Assembly: GCA_965235115.1 (NCBI GenBank)
Contig: OZ249447.1
Coordinates: 24,862,001-24,926,000, forward strand
Length of the DNA: 64,000 nt
Direction: 5' to 3'
Source of the DNA: Laetmonice hystrix
Lineage: Eukaryota
Numbering within the stretch: the stretch's first letter is position 1; each line of letters starts with the position of its first letter. Under the pieces are notes generated by a model. It had not been told where the DNA came from. It worked only from the letters and a program-made list of their open reading frames with translations, and ran no database searches. The translations under genes and the position numbers were made by a program. This document shows positions 39,933 through 48,830 of this stretch, one piece after another.

Positions 39933-42443
39933 CTACGCTGTATCCCATTCATTTAGATGGGTATTAATTCTTATTAGGTTTTTTGCTGCCTTATGCACTA
40001 TGTTCTTGTCTTTCGAGAATATTTGCGAGATCAGGGTTTTTGTCTCATCGTCTTTGTGTATTCCTGGGCATGTTTCCATAAGGTGTTGTTGTGTTTCATC
40101 TTCTTGGCCACACCCCCTACATTGTAGGTTATTATATTTGTTTTTATAGTTTCCTTTGGCCTTTATCATCCTTGTTCTTGCCATGAATATTGCACTTGCC
40201 TGATTCCTTGTTAGTTCCTGTAGGTATGTCGGTGTTCTTTTTCCATCTTCCTTGTTTGTTGTTAGGAATATATACTTAGATTTGTTTCTCCCGTCATTCT
40301 TCATTTTCTCCTCCATTTGTTGTTTCGCCATTCTCCTTATTGTCTCTTTCCTTTGGTGTATCCCCATTGTTTGGAGGTTTGATATATCCATGCTCATCTG
40401 TTCTGCCAGTTGTCTGGTTCTTTGGTTCCATGATTTAGTGTTGTTGTCTTGGGTTATTTGTCTCATGCTTTTCAGGTTATTTCCTTGTAGTTTGGTGGCA
40501 TAGTTAATTTTTTTTGTGGCTATTATGTGTTCAATGTCAAGGAGTTTGGTTTCTTCGTATATGCATTCTCTTGGGGTGGATTGGGGTATTCTTAGGAGTC
40601 TTTTTATTATGTTGTCGAGGATTGTATTCAGTTTTTTCATTTGGGTTCGGTTTATGGTCCATGTTTCAGCTCCATATGTTATTATCGGGATTATGCATGT
40701 TTTCACTAGTGTCCATATGGTTTCCATCTCTATTCCTTTGAAGTTGTCGTCTTCTGCTATCTGTAGGATGGTTTGTAGTGCTGCTTCAGTTTTTCTTTCT
40801 GTCTCTTGGATGTGGTCGTCTATGTTGTTTTTATTGTTAATAGTCTCTCCCAGGTACTTGTATTTATTTGTTGGTTCTATGGTAACGTCCCCTATTGTTA
40901 GTATATTGTCGTGGTTTCCCTTACCTATGGTCATGGTTTTTGATTTTTCTTTTCCGAATTCTATTCTCAGGTCACTCGCCACTCTGTTTGTTATTGCTAG
41001 TAGTCTCTTTTGGTCATCCATGTTGTTTGTTATTAGGACTACATCATCTACCCACAGGAGGCAGATTGAGTTCTTGTCGATGCTGGTTTCCTGGAGTTCT
41101 TTGGCTTTCATTATTTCCTTGTTGATTTCATCCATGAGTGTGGCGTATTGGGTGACCGCTAGGACTCCACCTTGTCTTATGCTATCTCTTATTTTTATGG
41201 GTCTGGTGTTGCCGTGGGATGTTCTTATTGTAGCTGTTAGGTTATTGTTGAGTTTATCTATTAGGTTCCAGGTGGCTCCTGTGCATCCTTGTTTGTGGAG
41301 TATGAACATGATGGCATCGATCCATGCCTTATCGTATGCTTTGGTCACATCTAGGAATGTTATGTAGGTATTTTTGTTGCAATTTTTGTTTTGTCTTATT
41401 ATTTCTTTTATTCTTAGGATGTGGTCCGTGGTGCTCATCCCTTTTCTCCCTCCTGCTTGTTCGTCTGTTATTTTTATGGTTTTTAGGATTCTGTTGTTTA
41501 TCAGTCTCTCATATGTTTTTCCTATGTTACTTGACAGGGTTATACCTCTTTCATTGCTGCATTTTCCTTTGACTCCTTTTCCTTTATACATTCTAATGAC
41601 TTCTCCCTCTAGCCATTGGGTTGGGATTTCCTTGGTTTCCGAGATGTGGTTGAGTGCTGCTAGGTATATTTTCCTTGTTCTCTTGTTAGCATTTATGAGC
41701 ACTGTGTTTGGTATGTTATCTGGTCCATTGGCCTTTTGTTTTTTGAGTTTTTTAATGACTGTGTTCAGCTCTTCGCTAGTGAATGGTTCCATTTGGTCCT
41801 GTTGTGTGGTTTGTCTTAGTTTGTTGACCGTTGCTTGTATGTTTTTTGAGCTTTCTTCGTTTTCTGGTTTTCCTTCTCTTGCTTGGTACAGTTGTTCGTA
41901 GTAGTTAGCTATGTGGTTCTTTTTCTCCTGGGGGTTGGTTATCTCTACTCCTTGTTCGTTTCGGAGGTATTTGTCTATGTTATCTTCCTTTTTTAGGATT
42001 TTCTTCCTTGTTTTCCAGAAATCTTTGGACTTCGACCCTCCTTGGAGTACAAGGTTTTTCATTTTTATCCTTGTTGTTATCTCTAGGTTCGCTTGAATTC
42101 TGTTTCTTAGGTTTTTCTGTGCTCTTATGTAGTTGTCCTGTTTCTGTTCTATTTGGGGGTTAGGCTGTTTTGTTTTGATGGCCTTTTCGTACTCTTGTCT
42201 TGTTTTTCGTTTTTCTTCTCTTAAGTTCTTGGTTTGTCTGTCTTCTTTTTTTCTCCCTTTTCCTCTTATGGTTATTGTTCCTATATTTCTTTTTAGGCTT
42301 TCTTTTATTGTGGTCTCTAGGGTGCTGTAGCTAGTTTTCACCCTCTCTAGGTTTTTTGTAATATCATTGTTGAATTTTCTCCATGCTTCTTTGTTACCTG
42401 GTGCCCATATTTTTGTGTTTTTGTTTGGTTTTTCCGATGGCAC
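39933..42443 (-). CDS. LINE ORF2, RT portion plus C-terminal CCHC knuckle
   Basis: KANGPDNIPN, RGITLSSNIGK, FLDVTKAYD, IRQGGVLA, LLWVDDVV, YKYLG; C-terminal CRGC..ETQQHLMETC. Confidence 0.93.
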   Translation of the reverse strand: MPSEKPNKNTKIWAPGNKEAWRKFNNDITKNLERVKTSYSTLETTIKESLKRNIGTITIRGKGRKKEDRQTKNLREEKRKTRQEYEKAIKTKQPNPQIEQKQDNYIRAQKNLRNRIQANLEITTRIKMKNLVLQGGSKSKDFWKTRKKILKKEDNIDKYLRNEQGVEITNPQEKKNHIANYYEQLYQAREGKPENEESSKNIQATVNKLRQTTQQDQMEPFTSEELNTVIKKLKKQKANGPDNIPNTVLINANKRTRKIYLAALNHISETKEIPTQWLEGEVIRMYKGKGVKGKCSNERGITLSSNIGKTYERLINNRILKTIKITDEQAGGRKGMSTTDHILRIKEIIRQNKNCNKNTYITFLDVTKAYDKAWIDAIMFILHKQGCTGATWNLIDKLNNNLTATIRTSHGNTRPIKIRDSIRQGGVLAVTQYATLMDEINKEIMKAKELQETSIDKNSICLLWVDDVVLITNNMDDQKRLLAITNRVASDLRIEFGKEKSKTMTIGKGNHDNILTIGDVTIEPTNKYKYLGETINNKNNIDDHIQETERKTEAALQTILQIAEDDNFKGIEMETIWTLVKTCIIPIITYGAETWTINRTQMKKLNTILDNIIKRLLRIPQSTPRECIYEETKLLDIEHIIATKKINYATKLQGNNLKSMRQITQDNNTKSWNQRTRQLAEQMSMDISNLQTMGIHQRKETIRRMAKQQMEEKMKNDGRNKSKYIFLTTNKEDGKRTPTYLQELTRNQASAIFMARTRMIKAKGNYKNKYNNLQCRGCGQEDETQQHLMETCPGIHKDDETKTLISQIFSKDKNIVHKAAKNLIRINTHLNEWDTA

Positions 42444-42445
42444 AG

Positions 42446-43370
42446 CTTAGGTTGAGGGTAATGGTATTATGGTCCGTCTCTTTCTTCCCTTTCAGGGTGT
42501 AGATATTGTGGGTATGTATGGTGGTATCCGTTACCCTTTGTGCCATCCCTTCGTTGCATAAGATATAGTCAATTATTGAATGTTCTGAGTTCTTGTTTCT
42601 ATTTTGGCGTGTCCAGTTTATGTTGTGCGGTTCTGTGTTCAGGACTTTCATGGCTGTTGCTTCAATGATGTTTGTTAGTAGTTTTCCATTCCTGCTTTCA
42701 TCTTGTGTGTATGGTGGTATATCTGTTTTTATCTTTGCGTTAAAGTCTCCTATGAGTATGACGTCTCCTTGTTGTTTTAGTTCCGTGATTGTGGTTCCTA
42801 TTTCATAGTATTCCCTGCTTACTGTCTCCTTGTCTATTTTTTCTTGGGGTCCATAGTAGGCTCCGAGGTATGTTGGCTTGTTCTTTGTTTTGATCTTTAT
42901 CCATATGATTTCGTGGTGGTTATGTTTTGGGAGGTCTAGTTCTTGTGAGTTTTGGAAGGTTTCTTGGTCGATTAGTATCCCTATTCCTCCTCCGCTTTTT
43001 TCTTTTCTTGGTTTGTGGTACCATTGGTATCCTTCTATGTTTGGTGGTTTCTTGGTTTTTGTTTCTGCTATGATGGCTATGTTGGTTTCGTGGGTTCTTA
43101 GGGTTGCTTCTAGGCTGGCTTTTTTCCCTGTGATTCCATTTGCATTGGTATATAGTATTTTGATGGGTTTATTTTGGGTATTCCGATATTTTCTTTTCCT
43201 GGGGCTGTGTTTTCTTTTGTTTTTTTGTAGGGGGTGGCCTTCCTCCTATCTCCTGTGGTATCTGTCTGGTGATTGATTTCTGGGTCTTTTTTCTCTGGGC
43301 TCTGGGTTTTGCTCGTATCTTTGTTTGTTTGTTGTCCTTCCCTGTCTTTCTTCGTCTTCCCTCTGTTCCA
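42446..43370 (-). CDS. LINE ORF2, APE endonuclease portion (out of frame with RT, no initiator AUG)
   Basis: Hand translation is open throughout: ILYTNANG, IAET, SGGGIGIL, GAYYGP, IGDFNA, WTR, IIDYIL, TDH. Confidence 0.88.
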
Positions 43371-44952
43371 CTATTTTCATTATTTCGTGTATTGTTTGGT
43401 CTACATTTTCCGTTGTTGTTCCTGTTACTTTCATTGTCTCTGAGTCGTTGTCGTAGGCTGCCATGGTTTTGTTTCTGCTTGTTATTGTGTGTATTGTTTT
43501 CCCTCCTCTCCCTAGTACGTGTTTCACGATATTCCTGTTGATCTTTGTTTCTGCCGCACATTTTGTTTTTGTGGATATTTCGAGGTGTTCTGTGCTCGGG
43601 GTTTTTGGGTTTTTGGGTTTTTGGGTTCTTTCATCTGTTTTTTGTTCGTCGAGTAGTGCTTCAATCATTTCTGTCAGATTTTGGGCTGTTGCTTCCGCAG
43701 TCTCCTCTGTTATGTGGTATCCATCTTTCTCCAGTTTTGTGTTTCTTGGGTAGGGGTCGATTACTTTTTTGTTTTCCTCTCTTAGGTATTTTGGGAACAT
43801 GTTTCTTTCGATTTCTCTGGATGGTGTTGCGAATCTTGGGGGTTTTATGAATATCATTTTGTGAGGAGGTAGGTTCTTTGTGGCTCTTGTCAGTTGTCTT
43901 GTCGTTTCTTTCGCTGTCTCTCCGTGTCTGATGTGGTTCGTCCCTATGTGCATCATTATGATGTCGTGGTCCTCTATCTCTTGGGTGTTGTCATCTAGTG
44001 TCTCTTGGAGTTGTTGGGTAGTATATGTTGTTTTTATGTGGGTTTCGGTGGTTTCGGTGTCTTCTATGTATCTTGAGATCTTGGTCAGGTTTGAGTCACC
44101 GAGGATGACTACTTTGCTCTTTTTGGGTATTTTGTCTTTTTTTATGGTTTCTTTTTGGGTTTTCATTTTTTCTTCTATCAGCTGGTCAATTACCTCATCT
44201 TTGTGTCCCAGGGTTTCGTAGGCTTCTTCGTTTTCTTTCGTCAGGATTCTGATTTTCTCTTTGTCTTTTGCTGCTTCAAGTTTTAGTTGGGTTATCGTTT
44301 TTTCGTGTTCGTCAATTTGTTCCAGGGCGTTTTCTAGTTGGTCTATGGCATTCAGTGACTGTTCCTGTAGTTCTTCTTGTTTGTTTATAAGTTCTGTTAT
44401 TTTTGCGTTGGCGTTTCTTGCCTCCTGGGTTGTCTTTTGTTCGTCTCTGGCACTTTCTCTTTTGAGTTGGTTTTTTTCTTTTTCTGTTTCTGTTAGTTTT
44501 GATTTTAGGCTTTTGTTTAGGGCTTCCATTTCCTTCTTTGTTCGATTCGCTTCTATTTCCGTTTCTTTGATTTTCTCGTTGAGTTTTTTGTTTTGGGTTT
44601 CTGTCAGGTCACAGTTTTTGCACTTTTTATTTGTTTCCTTGCTGGTGTCTTTATCCTCTTTCCCCATCGCAAGTTTTTTGTAGCTTCCGTCTTTTTTCCT
44701 GGCAGACTCCCTCATTGGTCTGCTTGTGGTTGGGGTTAGGTCCTGTTGTGGTTGGGTTTTCGTGTTTTTTGGTTTTGTTGTTTGGGTGTTTTGGGGGGTT
44801 CTTGTCTGTGATTCCTCGCTATCTGTAGTTGATGATTCATCGTCCGTGTTTATTTTGCCTTTCGTTTGTATGTCGATTTCAATGTCAGAGGCTGACGTAT
44901 CGGGTTTTTCTTGTTTTTTTGGGTTTTTGGGGTCTTCTTGGTCTTGTTCCAT
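43246..44952 (-). CDS. LINE ORF1: coiled coil + SGNH/GDSL esterase + KH-like domain, 568 aa
   Basis: Heptad-rich region at about aa 110-265; VILGDSN, HIGTN and DGYH esterase blocks; C-terminal IVKHVLGRGGKTIHTI...MKVTG....VDQTIHEI KH pattern. Confidence 0.88.
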   Translation of the reverse strand: MEQDQEDPKNPKKQEKPDTSASDIEIDIQTKGKINTDDESSTTDSEESQTRTPQNTQTTKPKNTKTQPQQDLTPTTSRPMRESARKKDGSYKKLAMGKEDKDTSKETNKKCKNCDLTETQNKKLNEKIKETEIEANRTKKEMEALNKSLKSKLTETEKEKNQLKRESARDEQKTTQEARNANAKITELINKQEELQEQSLNAIDQLENALEQIDEHEKTITQLKLEAAKDKEKIRILTKENEEAYETLGHKDEVIDQLIEEKMKTQKETIKKDKIPKKSKVVILGDSNLTKISRYIEDTETTETHIKTTYTTQQLQETLDDNTQEIEDHDIIMMHIGTNHIRHGETAKETTRQLTRATKNLPPHKMIFIKPPRFATPSREIERNMFPKYLREENKKVIDPYPRNTKLEKDGYHITEETAEATAQNLTEMIEALLDEQKTDERTQKPKNPKTPSTEHLEISTKTKCAAETKINRNIVKHVLGRGGKTIHTITSRNKTMAAYDNDSETMKVTGTTTENVDQTIHEIMKIVEQREDEERQGRTTNKQRYEQNPEPREKRPRNQSPDRYHRR

Positions 44953-47378
44953 GTTGGTGTTGGGTCCGTTTGTCCGTCTCGTGGTCGGTGGGCGATATTG
45001 GAGGTCGTCAGGTGGTCGTGCTGGGTCGCTAGTTTTCCTTTGTTTGTTTTTGGGTTGTTTATTTATTTTTTTTTTTTTTTTTTTGGTGCTGTATTGTTTA
45101 TCGTCTTATTATGTGTCTTTGTTCCACTTATCTGCTTTGTTCCTGCCTTTGGTCTCCTTTTCTGTCGGTTTTCCCTTCTGGCTCGGGGCTTTTGCTTGTT
45201 GCATCCGCCATTTGCATTCTCTGTCGTGGATGTTTAAAATGCAAGGTTCATGTGATAAGATAAAGAAAACATAACCCAGAATAGCTATATTTGTACTTTC
45301 GATATCATCATAACGAGTCAAGGAGATCATTTTTCCCCTCCATAATTCCAAGTCGACCTGACGTGTGATGTAAAACACATGACCACAACAGATGTTGGGC
45401 AGGTTACAACGGTGCCTAAGTACTGAGCCAAATTATCGCCACCTTACATACCACACCCACTCTAACATCCAACTTACCACACACACGTGAGACCGTCTGG
45501 TCTATCAGGTTCATGTATGAAGTTATCAAGACAACCATGTGTCTCTACCCAGCAAACTGAGGCCGCCTTGGCTACTCTGGGTTGCCGCAACAAAGGTCTG
45601 GTTTGGTCCTTACAATAGTCAATGCTCATTGTTCTTAGGATTACCCTGAAGCAGGGTTACTCAGTGCATTAATCCAATCAGTCTGGGGCTGTTGGGTTTT
45701 TTTTCATCTAGATCTATGATACTCAGGTGTAGTACAATTATCAAATCCATGTCATACATGTCAACTGATATCACTGACTTAAATGCATCAACCTGGCCAG
45801 ATGCAGCCCAAGTTTAAACGATTATTGTTTGATTGTTTAAAACAAGATCAATAACGAATTTTCGACATCGGTGTTCAGTGTAGAAAAAAATAGTCCATTG
45901 TACATAAGTCTAGCTAGATACTGACTTTACTAACAGGGATGCCAGGGTGTTCTATTCATAAGTACTGCCAATGTGTTACTCAATGTAGCAATAAACGGAA
46001 GTTAAGACTGAAGTACCAAGAGTTCATGAATAGTAAATGTCTCTGCCATCATCATAATCATGAACATGAAACCGATTTCATTGGATTTCTAGGTCATAAA
46101 ATTGGTTCACGACCCATATGTCACCCATAGGACTACCTGTAAGTCGGTCTGACTGACTCAGTAACTGCGCATCATTGTGAACATGACAGACAATGTACGG
46201 TATTGCTCTCATATTGTTCTTCCCAAAGTAGACATGAACTGTAAGTGAATGGTAGCCATGACGTTGACTCATCATCTCATTCTTTCTTCTTTACTTTTAG
46301 CTTGAGTTTGAAACAAGTAGAATTACATATGAATAAAATATGAAGAGTGAATAAAATAAACAAATCATAATCAGAGGTCGCACAAACTATATGCAAACAT
46401 TTCTTCATAAGAATTCAGAATTTAACTCAAAACATCTCAAAGAATAATAAATTAATAATAATTGCATCCATAATCACTCATACCAGTTAAAATGCTTGTT
46501 TTGAAGTTCATAATTTGGCCATGATTATTAAATTATAATGCACAGTTGGAATGGTTGATTTACATGGATAAATACCGTAGTTCTCTAGACATGCATGGTA
46601 TCATTAATTACAACTTATGATCAAGTCTCATTTTAAGAGCAAATTGAACTCATGAAAATAAAAGATAATCAGCACATGTGAGTGACAGATTATAGCCTGA
46701 TAACAATGGGTTACTATATGTTTAAATCAATTATCAAATCAGAGTATCTCAAGGATTGACAAGAACTAATGCCACTTAAAACCTTTTCAGTTTTGATGTC
46801 TCAGATCTTGGCTCTCTCAACAAGGTCAGGTATGGTTTAGTTCTGGGATAATTCCTGGGTAGCTGGGTTATAAACCCATAGGAAAACCATCACTCACATG
46901 ATGGATTCATGATCAGTAGCTCCCCAACAGTACAGTAGTACCAATTAACTCTGAAATCCATCCAAGCCCTCCTGGAGGTCCTACACTACAGGCCTCTTTG
47001 AAGGAGACCCCCCCCCCCCTGCGAAAACCTGTAAGGCAACACCCCAAAGTTTTCTGGCCTTCATTTTTCAAAATGCCTTCCTATTACTTTAAAGTTTACC
47101 TTACCCCTAATTTTCCAAGTTCTTCTCCCCCCCTAAAAAAAGGAAAATGAGGTGAAATATCCCCAGGGTAGTATCACTATCAGTACTTATGGCCATGACA
47201 TTTGGGTAGGCCTATTACACGTAATAATATTCCAAGTCCTTATGGGATAATGTGCTTTATCAGATCTACTCTGAACCCAAGCCTGGGACTCGGCTAGGCT
47301 GGTATAGTTGATTCAGTGACCAGAGATTAGTCTTATTTTTAGTACTTACTCAGCTACTGACAGTACTATTACTAACTA

Positions 47379-48286
47379 GGCCGAGGGGCAGCCGAGGTGT
47401 AGACTGAGGGGCGGCCGAGGTGTAGACTGAGTGGCGGCCGAGGCGTAGACGGAGGGGCGGCCGAGGTGTAGACGGAGGGGCGGCGGAGGGGTAGACTGAG
47501 GGGCGGCGGAGGGGTAGACTGAGGGGCGGCCGAGGTGTAGACTGAGGGGCGGCCGAGGTGTAGACTGAGGGGCGGCCGAGGTGTAGACTGAGGGGCGGCC
47601 GAGCTGAGACTGAGTGGCGGCCGAGACCTGTGTAGACTGAGGGGCGGCCGAGGTGTAGACTGAGTGGTGGCCGAGGTGTAGACTGAGGGGCAGCCGAGGG
47701 GTAGACTGAGGGGCGGCCGAGGTGTAGACTGAGGGGCGGCCGCGGTGTAGACTGAGTGGTGGCCGAGGTGTAGACTGAGTGGTGGCCGAGGTGTAGACTG
47801 AGTGGCGGTCGAGGTGTAGACTGAGTGGCGGCCGAGGTGTAGACTGAGGGGCGGCCGAGGTGTAGACTGAGGGGCGGCCGCGGTGTAGACTGAGTGGTGG
47901 CCGAGGTGTAGACTGAGTGGTGGCCGAGGTGTAGACTGAGTGGTCGCCGAGGTGTAGACTGAGTGGTGGCCGAGGTGTAGACTGAGTGGTGGCCGAGGTG
48001 TAGACTGAGTGGTGGCCGAGGTGTAGACTGAGGGGCTGCCGAGGTGTAGACTGAGGGGCGGCCGAGGTGTAGACTGAGGGGCGGCCGAGGTGTAGACTGA
48101 GGGGCGGCCGAGGTGTAGACTGAGGGGCGGCCGAGGTGTAGACTGAGGGGCGGCCGAGGTGTAGACTGAGGGGCGGCCGAGGTGTAGACTGAGGGGCGGC
48201 CGAGGTGTAGACTGAGGGGTGGCCGAGGTGTAGACTGAGGGGTGGCCGAGGTGTAGACTGAGGGGTGGCCGAGGTGTAGACTGAGG
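47379..48286. repeat. 23-bp G-rich minisatellite, about 39 copies
   Basis: Unit gaggggcggccgaggtgtagact (variant gagtggtggcc); degenerate units flank it at 48290-48340. Confidence 0.95.
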
Positions 48287-48451
48287 CAGTGACTGAGTGA
48301 GGGGCCGCCGAGGTATATTGAGGCCAGTGAGGGGCGGTAGTACTGGTGCCAACCATATACCTCAAAACATACTATTTCCAGGTCTAGCCCTAAGCCTAGT
48401 AATAGGCCTAACATGTGGCATGTGCCAATTAACCTTAAATAATTAGCCCAC

Positions 48452-48572
48452 CTGTTTGTTCGGGTGCAGCTGCTCTGGCTCTGGGCGAGTCGTTTTCTTT
48501 GGTAGGCGACGACTGTTCCGTCTTCCGCGGTCGAGCTTGGAATTTAGAAACGACCTGTCCTACGTGGGACAT
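48452..48572 (-). CDS. Probable first coding exon of FGD-B (MSHVGQVVSKFQARPRKTEQSSPTKENDSPRARAAAPEQT)
   Basis: ATG with A at -3, 121 nt, ends in phase 1 at AG|gtgggc, and is in frame with exon 33801-34007. It lies just downstream of a promoter-like segment. Confidence 0.6.
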
Positions 48573-48679
48573 TGTGCCTTCATTCACGTAAACACATCAG
48601 AATCCATGCTTATTACACTCCTTCCCTGGATTGTAATCTTCTCCTCATTTTGATGCAACGACCTGCGTTGCTCGTAAAT

Positions 48680-48830
48680 ACAAGCGCAGAAACTTTATCA
48701 GAAGTTTCAGCCGGAAGTCATTAGTGCGCAGCTGTACAGGAGGGCAAACAAAGCCACGCCCCCGTTTCACGTCCACACGTGCTCGCGGAGGGGCAAAACC
48801 AAAACACTGCTGCAGCAGGCTGGTCAGTAA
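48680..48830 (-). promoter_or_regulatory. Putative TATA-less promoter of FGD-B
   Basis: GC-rich patch with CCGGAAGT (ETS, 48711), GCCACGCCCCC (Sp/KLF, 48753) and CACGTG (E-box, 48776). Confidence 0.45.

Larger units (their letters stand above)
39865..45230 (-). mobile_element. Near full-length non-LTR retrotransposon (LINE, RTE/RTEX-like) inside FGD-B intron 1, same orientation as the gene
   Basis: ORF1 plus APE-RT ORF2, strongly A-rich sense strand, short 3' UTR ending in a (GAAAA)-type tail at 39865-39882. The 5' end is approximate and no TSD was found. Confidence 0.92.

Noticed and set aside
40252-45274. Many hydrophobic plus-strand ORFs resembling membrane proteins
   Set aside because: They are antisense shadows of the A-rich LINE coding strand.
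39840-45400. Target-site duplication around the LINE
   Set aside because: No match to the 3'-flank sequence (ttcacgaagtgacg) was found near the 5' end, so the boundary is left approximate.
47350-48414. Three 326-354 aa ORFs on the minus strand
   Set aside because: These are stop-free reads through a 23-bp repeat, cycling the same peptides in all three frames.
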